NCBI GenBank assembly: GCA_014905635.1
Contig: JABVCE010000013.1
Coordinates: 372,001 to 436,000 of the forward strand
DNA from: Scenedesmus sp. PABB004
Taxonomy: Eukaryota
DNA: 64,000 bases
Reading direction: 5' to 3'
How positions within the stretch are numbered: position 1 is the stretch's first letter; every line of letters starts with the position of its first letter. The position numbers were made by a program, and so were the translations under genes. The notes under the pieces are model-generated. The model was given only the letters and a program-made list of their open reading frames with translations. It ran no database searches and was not told the origin of the DNA. Below, piece after piece: positions 23,220-36,344 of the stretch.

Positions 23220-26049
23220 GCCGCTGCGCCGTCCGTGTCCGCAGCTGCGTCCGCCTCTGCTGCGGTCGCGGCCGCGCCCGCGCCCGCGCCGTCTGCGCCC
23301 GCGTCCGCGCCCTCCAGCGGCGGCAGCGCCTGCGTCCGCGCCGCCGCCTCGCGCGCCGCCTGCGCGCCGTCGAGCTCGCTGAAGATGCGGCTCACCGCGA
23401 CCGCGGCCGCCTCCTTGGTGAGCGCCGCGAGGTCGGCGCCGACAAAGCCGGGCGTGCGGCGCGCGATGGCGCCAAAGTCAAAGCCGCCCTGCAGCCGCAG
23501 GTTGCGCGTGAGCACGCCCAGGATCTGGCGCCGCGCCGCCTCGGTCGGGATGCCGAGCGCGATCTCGCGGTCAAACCGCCCCGCGCGGCGCAGCGCGGGG
23601 TCGAGCGCGTCGGGGCGGTTCGTCGCGCCGATGACGACCACGTGCGGCCGCGGGCGCGCCTCGTCCGCCGCGTCGGCACCGCCGGCCGCGCCGCCGCCGC
23701 CGGGCGTGCCGTCGCCGGGCGCGCCGTCGCCGGGCGCGCCGTCGCCGGCCGCGGCGGCCGCCGCAGCCGCGGCCGCCGAGCCCGCCGCGGGCGGCGGCGG
23801 CGCGGAGAGGTCGTCCATGCACGTGAGCATCTGCGCGACGATGCGGCGCTCCATCTCGCGCTGCGCGGTGTCGCGCTTGGGCGCGATGGCGTCGATCTCG
23901 TCGATGAAGATGATCGCCGGCGCCGCGTCGACCGCCTCCTGCGCGCGGTGCGGTGCGGGTTTGGGGGCGCGCGGGCGCGCGGGGCGCGGGCGTGGGTGGG
24001 CAGTTTGGGGCGCACTGCAGTGCGCGCCGGCGGCGGCCGGGCGGCCGAGCCGCGCGCGGCGCGGCGCCGGCGCGCCTGGAATAGCTGGCGCAGCCGTGCC
24101 TCGCTCTCGCCGCTCATGCCGCTGACGACCTCGGGCGCGCTCACGCGCAGGAAGGGCACGCCGCACTCGCACGCGATCGCGTGCGCGAGCGCCGTCTTGC
24201 CGCACCCGGGCGGGCCGTGCAGCAGCACGCCGCGCGGCGGCTCCACGCCCAGCCACCCGTACACCTGCGGCGCGCGCGCGCGGGCGCGGGGGGCCCCCGT
24301 CGGCGCCGGGCGCGCGCATCTGTCGCCGCGCCGCGTTTTGCTCGTTTGAACGCGGGCGCTGTCGTTAATGCAACAATAACAATAAAAATAACAATAACAC
24401 CCACCCCACCTCGGGGTGCTTGAGCGGGTACTCGATGAGCTCCTTGATGTCCGCCAGCACCTCCTCCACGCCGCCCAGGTCGGCGTAGCGCAGCGCGCGC
24501 GGCTCTGCGGCGCGCGGCGCGCGGCGCCCGTGAGCCGGCACGGGCGGCGGCGGCGCGCGGCGGCGCGCGGCGGCGGGGCGCGGCGGGGCGGGGCGCGGCG
24601 GGGGCGCGCGCGCGCCCGCACCCGAGATCGCGGAGCCACCCTTGCGGCTGCCGCCGCCTGCGGCGCCGGCGCCGCCGGCGCCTGCGCCGCCGGGCGCCGC
24701 GCTCACGCGCCGGGCCCTTTTGCTCACCGCGCGGCTGCGGGGGCGGCGGCGGCGGGCGCGGCGGCGCGGGCGCGGCGGCGTCAGCACGGGCGCCCTGCGC
24801 GCCGCCCCGGCTGCCGTGTTGTGTGGTGGTGTGCTGTCGGGCTGCCGCGCCTGGCTACCTGTCTCTGCCAATGCCCGCCTCCTCGGCAGACCTGGTCTTC
24901 TTCTGCTTGCCAGCGGCCGGCGTCGCCGCTGCCGCCTCGCCGCCGCCGCCGCCCGCAGTGCCTGCTGCAGGGGGCGGCCCCGAGGCCGCTGACGTCGACG
25001 GGCCGCCGCCCGCTGCCGCTGCCGCCGCTGCGGCCGCTGCCGCCGCAGCGGCCGCTGCCGCCGCCGGGGCTGCGCCTGCAGCGCCCGGCGGCCTGGCCGG
25101 CACCGCGCCGCCCTTGGCCGCCTTGGCGGCCGCCGCGGCGGCCCGGGCGGCCTTCTCCGCCGCCAGCGCGCGCGCCGCCGCCGCGGCGACGACGTGCGGC
25201 GGCGCGAACGCGGGCGGCGCGTCGGGGTCGGGCTCGCTGCTCGCGCCGCTGCCGCTGCCGTCGCCGTCGCTCTCGCTGCCGCTGCCGTCGCTGCTGCTGC
25301 CGGGCGCCGCCGCCGCCTTGCTGGCACTGTACATGTGGAGCAGCGAGCTGTTCAGCCCCGTGCCGCCGCCGCCGTGGGCCGGCGCGGGCGTGCCTGCGGC
25401 CGCTGCCGCTGCAGCGCCGCTCGTGCCCGCTGCCAGCGCGGCCGCAGCGTCGGGGTCGAGGTCGCCACCGCCGCCGCGCCGGCCGGCGCCGCCGTCGCTG
25501 CCGCTGTCGGCGCCGCCGTCCTCGCCCTCGTCGGAGCTGTCGGAGCCGCCGTGCGCGGCAGCCGCCGCAGCTGCGCGCGCCGCCACGTGCTGGCTCTCCC
25601 GCGCCTGCGCGGCGGCCGCCGGGCAGGGGGCCTGGCGGTCAGGGGGCCGGCGGCGGTCAGGGGGCCGACGGGGGGCAGCCGGCGTGCTGGCGGCCGGCGC
25701 CCGCTGTCGACAGCGTCGCCACGGCGCGGCGGCCGGCGCGCGGCGGTCGCCGGCGCGCGGCGGTCGCCGGCGCGCCGCGGCGCCCCACCTGCAGCGCCAG
25801 CTCGGGCTTGGCCACCCCGCGCGCCTGCACCGCGGCCACGGCCTTGGCGACCATCTGGCGCAGCGCCGCGACCTGCCGCCGGCCGTACTCCTTGTAGCTG
25901 CGCCGCAGGTGCTCCACGACGTCGTCCAGCTCGCTGATGTCGTGGTTCATCGCATACTGCTCCACGCGCGGCACCAGGTGCCGGTCCAGCAAGTACAGGC
26001 CGCCGCCGGCGCCGGCGCCGCCGCCGGGCGTGCCCTTCTTCTTGCCCAT
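21054..26049 (-). CDS. NVL: Type II AAA+ ATPase NVL/Rix7 (CDC48C), 60S biogenesis
   Basis: N-terminal ..[17 protein letters not shown].. domain; two AAA modules with [37 protein letters not shown]..DPALxRx[13 protein letters not shown]. Confidence 0.92.
22089..22393. repeat. 39-bp direct repeat (22089-22127 and 22355-22393) in the NVL gene
   Basis: tcagcagctcggggccctgcagcgcagcgcggccggccg appears twice. Confidence 0.9.
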
Positions 26050-26349
26050 CGCGCCCGCGCCGCCCGCTGTGGCCCACGCTGGCGGTCTGCAGCGCGGGGC
26101 GCCGAGTGCGCAAGCTTTGGGCAGAGGAGCTCGACCGGCAGCCCGCCAGGCTGCCGCCCTGCGGACGGAGGCGCCCCGCTGCGCCCACGCCCTTCCCAGA
26201 GCTCGATCGCACATTAACCCGCATTCCTGTGCTAGCGGGGAGGCGTTTGGCCCGGATTGACGACCAGCTGCTGCCAGCCCGCTTCTCGCTCGGCGGACGC
26301 CCAGCGGCCCCGGGGGCGCGCGCCCAGACGCGCCCCGGGTCGCGGCGCC

Positions 26350-28747
26350 ATGGAGTTCGGCGGCGTGGCCATGCCGCCCGAGCTGAGGCCGTACAGGCAC
26401 CAGGTCGAGGTGCGCCCGCCCGCCCCGCCCAGCGGCGCGCCCGCACCGCCCGCGGGCGGCGCGCCACGCCTCGGCGTCCGCCGGCGCAGCGGCCCGGGCC
26501 GCGCCGGCGCCGGCAGGGCGCCCGCCGGCGCGGCGCGGCGGGCGGCGCAGCAGCAGCGAGCGCGGCGGCGCCCGCCCCGGCGCCCAGCGCCGCCCGCGCC
26601 GCCCCGCCGCAGGCCTACGCGCACGCGAAGCTGCAGCGCTTCGCGTACGCCTTCGCGCGGCGGCTCAACCCGGGCCTCACGAAGGAGCAGGTCGACTATG
26701 TCGCCGGCGAGACGCTGCAGGCGATGGCGGCGCTGGCGGAGCCGATGCCCGCGCCGCCCCAGCAGAACCTGCGCCTCGTGCTGCGCCACGACTGCCTGTG
26801 AGCCTGGCGCCGCGGCGCGGGCGCGCGCGCGCCGCGCCGCGCCGCGCCGGCGGTTGCGGCGGTTGGCCGGGCGCGAGCACGCCGCCGAGCGCACTCGCCG
26901 CCGCCGCCGCCGCGGCGCCGCGCGCGCAGGAGCTCCGGCTGCGGCGACGCGGGGTGCGTGCTGTGCCAGTACAACCCGTCGCGCATCTGCAAGCGCAACC
27001 TCAAGCAGAAGTACCTCATCGACGACCACCTGCGCGCCAAGTGCGGCGCGGGGCTGCGCGTTGAGGTGGTCGACGAGAACGGCGCGTGCACGGCCGACCC
27101 GCTGCCCGACATGCAGCTCGAGGTGCGGCACCGCGCCCGCGCCTGTGCGGCGCGGCGCGGCACAGCGCCTGCTGCGCGGCGCGCGGCGCCCGCCCCCCGC
27201 CCGCCGGCCCCGCCCGCGCGCGCCGCGGCGCGCGTTGCGAGCCCCCGCCGCTGCACGCGCACGCGCGCCCGGCCGCAGGTGCACGTGCTCAACGGCGAGA
27301 AGTACAAGGAGGTCTGCCCCGACAACACGCTGCTCAGCCCGGCGCAGCTGCGCGCGTGCATCATCGCGCCCAACGCCAAGAAGCCGCTGCTCAAGCGCGA
27401 GAGCGCGCTCGGCGTGTTGAGCGAGGACGCGCGCATGTTCCTGCCCGTCGAGGTGCGCCGCCGCCGTCGCCGCCGCCGCCGCCGCCGCCGGCAGCAGCAG
27501 CGGGCCCGGCAGGGCAGCGGGCCCGGCAGGGCAGCGGGCCCGGCAGCCATGCGCCCGCGCACGACCCCGGCCCCCCTCACGTGCCGCGCGCGCCGCCGCC
27601 GCCGCCGCCGTCGCCGCCGCCGCGCCGCCGCGCCGCGCAGCAAGGCCAGGCGCCGCTGTCGGAGCTGCAGTGCACCACGAGCAGCGAGGCGCTGCTCGCG
27701 GGCAAGGCGCCGACGTTCCGCCTGCTCGTCTGGGCGGCCGACCGCTCCGGCGCGCACCTGCCGCACGTGACGTACGTCGTGAGCGAGTCGTTTGTCGTCG
27801 CGACCAAGCGCGTGAAGCACGCGATCAAGAGCGACATCCCCTCCATCGGCGACCACGTGAGCAAGCTCGTGCACATCGGCAAGGCGACCGTCGACAAGCT
27901 GCAGGACCTGCGCCAGGCCGCGGCGGAGGAGAACATGGACGTCGACCTGCCCGACGGCCTCGTCCGCGTCGACAAGGCGCGCACGCCGCGCCGCGCCGCG
28001 CGGCCGCGCTGACGGGCTGGTCGCTGCCGGGCCGCGCCGCCGCCGGCGCCGCGCGGGCGCCGCCGCCGCCGCCGCCGCCGCGCCGCCGCGCCGCCGCGCC
28101 GCCGCGCCGCCGCGCGCGCCGCAGGTGGGGCAGTTCCGGCAGCTCGTCGAGCTGAGCGAGCGGTCGAGCGACCTCAAGCACAAGCTGCGCCACCTGCTCA
28201 AGCTCTCGCCCGAGAAGTGGGACGAGGTCACGCAGCACGCGCTGAGCGCGGTCGTGCCCGACTTCCGGCCGCGCGCGTGGTGGTGCGCCGGCATCCAGGG
28301 CGCGCTGCTCTTCCCGACCAAGAACGGCGCGGTGCTCGCGGAGAACGCGCTCGCGTACGTCGGGCGCGACCCCGGCAGCGGCGCGGAGGCGGTGACGCCG
28401 ATCCAGCAGGTCGACCCCATGCTCTTCAACCTGCTGCCCAAGCTCAAGCAGCAGGCGATGCAGGACTGGTTTGCGCCGGGGCACACCGGCTGGGCGGTCT
28501 ACTGGCACGACCCGGCCGACCCGCTCGCGCAGCAGATGCAGCCGGGGCCGAGCGGGCCGCCGAGCTACCTCGCGCAGCTGCCGCCGGGCATCACCCAGGC
28601 GGCGGCGTTCGCGGGCGCCGCGGCGGCGGCCGGCGGCGACGGCCTCGCGCCGGGCGGGCTGCAGGCCGTCGGCAACGGCCTGGCCGCGCCGGCCGGCGCG
28701 GCGGCGCAGGCGCAGCTGCAGGCGCAGCTGCAGGCGCAGCTGCAGGC

Positions 28748-28780
<33 letters not shown>

Positions 28781-29729
28781 CCAGCAGCAGCTGGCGGCGC
28801 AGCAGGGCGGGGTCATGATGCCCGCGCCCAAGCTGCCGAGCTCGGCGCCCACGACTGCGACGGCGGCCGCGGCGGTCGCGGCGGCGGCGGCGGTGGCGGC
28901 GGGTAGCGCCTTTGCGAGCGGCGGCGGCGCGCCGCCGCCCGTGGCGTGCCCGCTGCCGGGGCAGCAGCGCCACAGCGTGCCGGGCTACGGCACCGCGCGC
29001 AGCCCGTTTGCGACGCAGAACCTGCAGCAGACGCTGTCGGCGGCGTTCCCCGCGTGGTCGCAGGGCGGCACGCCCGCCAGCACGCCGCACAGCACGCACG
29101 GCGGCGGCGTGAGCGGCGGCGGCGCACGCGCGAGCGCGCCGGGCGGGCCGGCGCCGGGCCAGGCGCCGGGCGGCCCGTCCAGCGGCGGCGCCGGCGGCGG
29201 CCTCAGCAACGGCGGCGCGCCGCCGCCGCCCGGCGGCGCGCCGGGGCAGCCGCTGGCGCTCAAGCCCGAGCCCGGCGCCGGCGGCGGCGGCGCAGCGGCC
29301 GCCGCCGCCGCGGCCGCCGCGGCGGGCGGGCTGGCGGGGCCCGAGGTCTCCAAGCTCGCCGGCATGCTGCCGAGCCTGGAGATGCTCAACACGGAGGACC
29401 TGCCCTCCATCCCCATCGACCGCAACACGAGCCTCTGGAGCCTGGACAGCTTCCAGCAGATGCAGATGCTCGCTGAGCTGCCGAGCGTCGGCGTCGGCTC
29501 GATGCTCGGAGACCTCGGCGGCGCCCGCCTGCCGCCGCACGGCGGCGGCGCCGGCGCCGGCGGCGCGCCCGCGGGCGGCGCGCCCGCGGGCGGCGTGCCC
29601 GCGGGCGGCATGGCCGTGGGCGGCGACGGCCAGCCCGAGCGCGCGCTGAGCCTGAAGTTCAGCATGAGCCTCGACCTGGCGGAGGTGCCGGAGGAGCTGC
29701 GCGGCGGCGGCAGCGGCGGCGCGAGCTGA
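26350..29729 (+). CDS. CBP60/SARD1-like (calmodulin-binding protein 60) putative transcription factor
   Basis: ..LSELQCTTSSE..TFRLLV..SESFVVATKR..K..PSIGDHVSKLVHIGK..KL..|VGQFRQLV..KLRHLLKLSPEKWDEVTQHA follows the CBP60 motif order; Q/G/A-rich low-complexity C-terminus. Confidence 0.75.
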
Positions 29730-30744
29730 GCCCAGCGGGCGCGCCCGCACGGCCCGCGCCGGCGGCGCTGCGCGGCCTGGCGGCGCGGTGGGAGGGCGGG
29801 CGGGGCCGGTCTGCGTGGGAACGGCAGCCAGCAGCGCGACTGCGCAGCGCCGCGAGCAGGGGGCGAGGCGGGCAGGGGGCGAGTGGGCGGGTCGCGGTGC
29901 TGCCCCTGGGTGCCACGCTGGCGGCCGGGGGCGTGGGCGTGCGGGGGCGTGCATGCGCAGGCTTGCAGTGATGCCTTGGGGCGGGCGGCTGGGCGGGGCG
30001 GCTGCGCGCGCGGTCGCCCGCGCCGCGGCTGGACGACCGCGCGCGTGGTCGCGCGGCGCGGCGCGGCGCGGCGCGGCGCGGCGCGGCTGCCTTTGTTGCA
30101 TTGCTCAATCACACGTTGTGTGATGAACGCACGCCGCCACCAGCTGCGAACGCGGGTCGCTGTCCGGGTGCCGCGCGGGCGGACGGTTGGGGCTGTTGGG
30201 CGCGCGCGCCCCGGCGCGCGCGCGCGACGATCCCGCCCAACGACGCAGCGCTCGCGCACACTGCTGTAATCGCCCTTCCTTTAGCGCCCGCCGGCGCCCG
30301 GCACCGCCAGCTGGACGCGGCCGAGCGCCGCCGCTCCCGGCCAGCCTCCCGCCGGCACGCCGCAACGCGGCGCGGCAACCCGGCGCGATGCGCCGCGCAC
30401 GCAGGTGTGATCGCCACGGTGCGCTCCACGTCGATCGGCGGCGCGGCGGTGCTAACTGTTGACCCGCCCAGCAACGGAGAAGTGACGACGGTGGCTTCTG
30501 TTCCGCCGCCGCCACTCTCTTTTAAGAATGCCCCGCGGCCCGCCCACAGCACAGACTACGGTCGCGAGACTCTCCCGCTCGCGCACACGCGTCCCTCCGC
30601 ACCGAGGCAGCCGTCAACTGAGCGGCGCGACCAATCCCGCAGAGCCCCCTGGCAGCCCGCACGCGTGCTTGAACGCTCCCGCGCAGCTTCGCGACACTCC
30701 CGCCCGCCCGCAACCGACCGGGCGAGGCGTCGTCGCGGCGCAAC

Positions 30745-31606
30745 ATGGCCGAGAACAAGCGCTGGCACGGGCGCAGCGAGCAGGACGTGATCCTCTTCTT
30801 CAAGTGCTTTGGCTGCACCAAGGTGCGTCCGCGCACCGCTCAGCCGCCGCGCCGGGGCAGGCGGCGCCCAATCCCAGGAGGCCGGAAGCTCGCGCATGCG
30901 GGCGCCCAGGGGCGGCTGTGGGCCCGGCGCGCCGCGGCGCGCGGTCGCGAAGGCCCTGCGCCGGTCCAACAAACCTGATGGGCCGCGCGCAGGCGGTAAA
31001 CCATGACTACGCGGCGTGCTTCGCCTGGCACAACGACGCCGAGCGCCGCCGCTGCCTGCTCTCCACGCCCTACTCCGCCAAGATGTGCCCCGACATGAAG
31101 CAGGTGCGCCCAGCGCCGCGTCGCTGCGTCTCGCGGGCAGCTGCAGCAGCAGTACGCGCCGCGCTCACACACTCTCGCATTAGCACGCGCCGCTGACCGC
31201 CTGACCGCCTGCCGCCGCGCCGCCCGCAGACGGGCGCGTGCCCGCGCGGCGAGGCCTGCTCCATGAGCCACACGCTGTTTGAGTACTGGTGCCACCCCAT
31301 GCGCTACCGCACCAAGCTCTGCAAGCAGGGCGCCGGCTGCAGCCGGCCCTTCTGCTTCTTCGCGCACGCCGAGGCCGAGCTGCGCCAGCCGAGCGAGGCG
31401 CCCAAGCCGCTGGCCGCCCTCGGCGCCGGCCTGACCGGCCGCCCCGGCAGCGGCGAGGTCGCGGCGGCCGCGGCGGCGGCGGGCTACGCGCCGCCGCTCG
31501 GCGGCGGCAGCTGCGGCGGCAGCCCGCGCCCGCCGCCGGGCCTCGTCTACGTGCCGCAGCCCCCCGCGCACAGCCACGCCGCCGCGCTGCTCGCGGCGGC
31601 GGCGGC

Positions 31607-31638
<32 letters not shown>

Positions 31639-32429
31639 GCCTGCTCAACGGCGGCGTGGACGGCATGCTGGGCATGCTGAGCCTCGAGCCGTGCGCCGGG
31701 GCCGCGCCGCAGCAGCTCGGCAGCCCCTACAACAGCCCCTGCAGCGCCTGCACGGCCGCAGGCTGCAACAGCGCCAGCACCAGCAGCAGCAGCAACGTGC
31801 TGGTGCCGCTCGGCGACGCGGGCGACAGCAGCGGCCGCCTCGTGCCACCCGGCGGCGCGTGCTTCGCCGCGGTGCCCGACGTGATCCCCGCGGAGCTGCC
31901 GGCCGGCGGCGGCGGCGGCTTTGCGAGCGCGTCGGGGCCGCTGCCCATGGCGGCGGGGCTGTCCGCGTTCGCGCAGCAGGCCGCCGCGTACGGCCTGCCC
32001 GCGCCCGACCTCGCCGCGCTCCTGGACCAGTCGCTCGCGGCGGCCGGCGTCTGCATCGGCACACCGGGGCCAGCCGACCCCGCGCCTGGCTACGGCTGGC
32101 CCGCGCCGGCGCGCGCGCCGATGGCGGTGCTGCAGGCGCCGCCGCAGCCGCCGCAGCGCGTGTCGATGCCGGGCACGGCACCGGCCGGGCTGTTTGCGCC
32201 CGGGGCGTATGGCCAGCAGGCGATGGAGCTGACGGGGCTGCAGCAGCAGCTGGAGGCGCTGCTCAAGGCCCAGGGGTCCGCCGCCGGCCTTGGGGGGGTG
32301 CAGATGCCCTGCGGCGCGATGCCCGCGCACGCCGGCTTTGCGGCGCCGGCCCTCGGCGGCAGCCGCGACGGCAGCCCCACCGCGCTGGGCGCGGTCGTGC
32401 CGACCAGCATCGCCGCGTGCTGGCCGTGA
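30745..32429 (+). CDS. Plant-type tandem CCCH zinc-finger (RR-TZF-like) RNA-binding protein
   Basis: FKCFGCTK|AVNHDYAACFAWH..ERRR..YSAKMCPDMKQ|TGACPRGEACSMSHTLFEYWCHPMRYRTKLCKQGAGCSRPFCFFAH..ELR: CHCH motif plus two CCCH fingers. Confidence 0.88.
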
Positions 32430-33485
32430 GGAGCCAGGACGCGGCGCCGCTGGAGCCGTTTTTTGACGCAGGGTCGCCTGCTCATGGCGCGGCGCGCGGC
32501 GAGGGAGGGCGGGGGGCTTAGGCACTCTTGGTCTCACACAAGCACTGCGCACAAGTGTGTTGCCCGGCTGCAGCGCATGCGCGGCAACGCGCGGGCCGCG
32601 TTGTGGCGAGCAGGCCTAGTCACACCATCGTCCGCCCCGCGGGCCTGCACAAGGCCCGCCTCTTTGTCTCCCCCCTATCTTGGTTCTCGAGAACCTCAAC
32701 CCCATCACAGTCTTTGGTCAGCTGGTGCGACGGCCAGCCGGGCTGCGCGCGGGCGCGTGAACGCGCGCCGCAGCCGAGCAGGAGCGGCAATGACTGCACC
32801 CGGAGGTACATGCTGCGTGGCATACGCCTGCCCACAATTCACTCTAAGAAGAAACTCAAATGGACACACACATTTCGGGGCGCGCGCGGGGGTGTGAGCG
32901 AGGGCGGTCCGCACGGCACACGTGCGGGGAGCAGGCTGGTTGTCGCCAGCCTGTGTGGCGCGTCGGCGCGCGGGCCGCCTTTCTGTGGCCCGGCGCCGGC
33001 GCGCGCGGCCGCGGGGTTTGCGTCACATGTGTCTGAGCTGTGGCGGCGGGGGGAGCATGCCCCCCGAGGCGTGTTAGTAATCGAGTAATCGATGCACTGA
33101 CCTCCCTGAGCGCTGCCGGCGCCACGCCCGACGTCCGTGCGTCAGTTACTCGGGCCGATCCCGTCGAGTCGTCAGGCGATCAATCGATCACGGCGGCGCC
33201 GACCTCGGGGCCCGCGCTCACTCGCCCGCTCACAAGCGAGCCTCCGCTTGCAATTGCTCCTGCTACTGCACATCACCGCAAGCTGCCCGCAAGCAGCCCG
33301 CGCACTGCAACAACGTACAACAGGGGCGCGCCCGCGCCGCGGGCGCAGCGTGCGCCCAGCAGCCGCGCTGCTGGCCAATCGCGCAGCGCGTCCCAGCGCG
33401 GCCGCCCCGAAAAAAAAACCCCGGAAAACACAGGGTGCCGCTCGCGCAGTGCAGCCCCCCCCCCTTGTCGCGCGCCGCGCGCCGC

Positions 33486-33549
33486 CGCGCCGCGTCACGT
33501 GAGCCCCTCGACCAGCGCGCCGCGTCACGTGAGCCCCTCGACCAGCGCG
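33486..33549. repeat. 30-bp perfect tandem duplication spanning the protease stop codon
   Basis: cgcgccgcgtcacgtgagcccctcgaccag x2. Confidence 0.9.
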
Positions 33550-35628
33550 ACCTCGCAGTCGGGGCCGGTGAATTCCATGTCGCACACGCAGCGGCCGTTG
33601 GAGCACATGCCGTTGCGGCACGGCCGCGCGCACGCGAGCTCGGGGCAGACGAGGCGCGCGATGGGGCACTTGAGCCGCCCCGACGTGAAGCCCCGCCCCG
33701 GCAGCTGCTTCGCGAGGTCGATGGCGCCGCCTGCGGCGCAGCGCGGGCGCGCGCGTGGGCGGCCGCCGGGCCGCGGCTGGGGCCGGGGCGCGCGCGGCGG
33801 CGGCACGGCGGCGGCCGCGCGCGCGCACCCTGCGGGCAGGGCACGGCCACGCTGCCGCTGCCCTCAAAGTTGAACACCGCCTCGACCTCGCCCCGCGGCG
33901 TGCAGCGCGTCTCGAGGCACATCGCCTGGCGCATGAGGCACGTGGGGTCGGCGGCGGCGCCGGGCGCGCGCGCGCCGGGCGAGGCCTTGGCGGCCATGCA
34001 CGGCGGCGTCGCGCCCTCGGCCTGGTAGCAGCGGCTGTTGGGGTTGCCGACGGTGCCGCCAAAGGTTGAGTGGTGAAAGTAGAAGGCCTGGTGCCGCATC
34101 GTCGACCAGGCTGCGCCGGCGGCGGCGGCGGCGGCGGCGGGGGCAGCGACGGGGTCGGGCGAGTGCTGGCCAACAGGCGCCGCGGCCCGGGCGGCGCGCG
34201 CGGCCGCCGCGCGGCGCGACGGGGCCCCGGCCGGCGCGGCGCGGCGCGGCGCGGCGCGGCGCGTCTCACTGCTCGCGCTCTGGCAGCTGAGCGCGCTGCC
34301 GCGCAGCACCGAGGCGCCCGCGAGGAGGCAGTTGTCGTCGTCCACGCCGTCAATGCACACGCCGATGCCCTTGTAGTCGTACGTGCACTGGTCGGCTGCG
34401 GCGCGCGGCGCGCGGCGCGCGGGACGCGGGACGCAGGCGGGCGGGCTGTCGGCCTGGGCCGCCGCGCGCACGCCGCACGCAGCATCACGGCGGCGGCGGA
34501 GAGGCCGCGTCGCGCGCGCGCGCACCGTTCTCGCGGTCCGCCGGGCAGTAGTAGTTCTGCCGCGGGTTGCGCGCCAGGAAGGTCCCGCACGACTCCATCG
34601 CGAGGTCGCACCCCGCGCCCTTGCCAAAGTTGGCGGGCTGCGCCAGGTCCATGCGCGTCGTGTACCTGCGCGGCGCGCCGCCACGGCGCGCGGGCGACGT
34701 CGGGCGCGCCCCCGGCTGCGGGCGCGTGGGGCTCGCCCCGGGCCGCGGCGCGCGAGGCGCGCGCGCGGCGCGCACCAGCCGGTCGACTCGAGCAGCGTGA
34801 GCGTGAACTCTGTGATGCGTTTGACCGCGCCGTCCTCGCTCGTCGCTGGCATCATGAGCTCGTGCCCCGACACGCGCTGCTTGAAGTGGCTCGCGAGGCT
34901 GCCGACGTCGGCGGGCGCGCCGGGCAGGCGGTCGCAGCCAAAGTGGCGCTGCGCGAGCGCGCGCATCGCGGGGAACGCGATGAACATCGCCGCCGCGCCG
35001 CCGGTGCGGTTGAGCGACCCCGCGGGCAGCGCGCCCGCGCCGACGATGCCCGACGCGGCGCCGCCAAACTGCACCGCGACCTGCTCCGACTTGGGGTAGG
35101 GGTTCCAGGTCTCGCTGTCATAGTACAGCGGGAAGAGCTGCCCCGAGAAGCCCTGCGACGCGCGGGCGGAGGGAGCAGCGCGGCGCAGGCGGGCGGCGGC
35201 GCGGCGAGCGCGGGTCGGCGGGCGGCGCGCGGCGCGCGGCGGGCGGCGGGCGCGCCGCGCGGCGCCCTTGTCCTCGCCCCCCTCCCCCGCGGCGCGGCGC
35301 ACCAGGGCGTGCACCGACTCGTGCACGATCGTGTTGAGCAGCCGCCGCGGGCTGCTGCGCTGGCTGAGGGGGCAGATGTTCATGCCCGCCGCGATGGGCC
35401 GCCCGGTGACCATGTCGGTCATGCAGGGCAGCGTGTACGCGAGCGCGCCGGCCTTGCAGTCCTTGGTCTGGTTGGCCGTGACAAACAGCACCATGTCCGC
35501 GCCCCGCACGCCGCCGCCCTCCCACAGCGCCGCCGCGTACGCGTCGTTGCAGAACGCGTCGGGGCTGCCCGCCGGCGGGCGGGGCATGCGGATCGCGAAG
35601 CGCCGCGGCACGCGCACCTGCGCGCGGT

Positions 35629-35664
<36 letters not shown>

Positions 35665-36344
35665 GCCGGCCGCCCCGCGCGCGCGCGCGCGCGCGCGCGG
35701 GCGCGGCACGCACCTGCACGAATTTCTGGAGGATGCGCACCGCGCCCGGCGCGAGCTGCTCGCCGAGGCGCTTCTTCGCGTCGGGCGGCAGGTAGGAGCC
35801 CTGCAGCTGCATGATGAGCTTGATGCGGATCGGCGCGGGCGCCGTCTCCGCCACCATCTGGCGCACGCGCTCGCCCTGCCGCCGGCGGTGCGGGCGGCGC
35901 GCGGCGGCGTCGGCGGCGGCGGCGCCGCTGGCGGCCGCCGGCGCACCCCAGGGCACCCGGCCGGCGTCACCAGCGGCGCGCGCCCGCTGCTGCTTGCGCC
36001 GCCGCCCGCACCTGCATGCGCTCCTTTGCGCCCCTCACGGCGCGCAGCTTGAGCTGCTGCTCGGCGAACGCCGCGTACTTGTCCCGGATGTCGGGCGAGT
36101 CCATGCTGCAGGCGCCACCTGCGGAGAGACGGCGATGGCTCGCCCACGCCCCCCACGCCGCCCCGCCCGCGCGCCACGCCGCGCGGGCTGCGGCGCGGCG
36201 GTGCCCCTGCGGCCTCTGGCGCCGCCTGCGCGCTCCCGGGGGCGCCGCGCGCGCACCCTCCGCGCCGGGCGCGTGCACCGCGAGGCAGGCGAGCACCACC
36301 AGCGCGCCGGCGACGCCCGCGCCCACGCCCGGGCGCGCCCGCAT
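33525..36344 (-). CDS. Secreted leishmanolysin/GP63-like metallopeptidase (M8) with C-terminal EGF-like domain
   Basis: Signal peptide (..GALVVLACLAVHA..); ADMVLFVT..GALAY..C..D..GRPIAAGMNIC; HESVHAL|GFS (HExxHxxGF); SHFKQR..HELM; ITEFTLTLLESTGW; C-terminal CRNGMCSNGRCVCDMEFTGPDC. Confidence 0.88.

Noticed and set aside
30108..30130. GTGATGA (box C-like) within hairpin atcacac-gtt-gtgtgat
   Set aside because: No box D at a suitable distance and no recognisable guide; lies in a probable 3' UTR.
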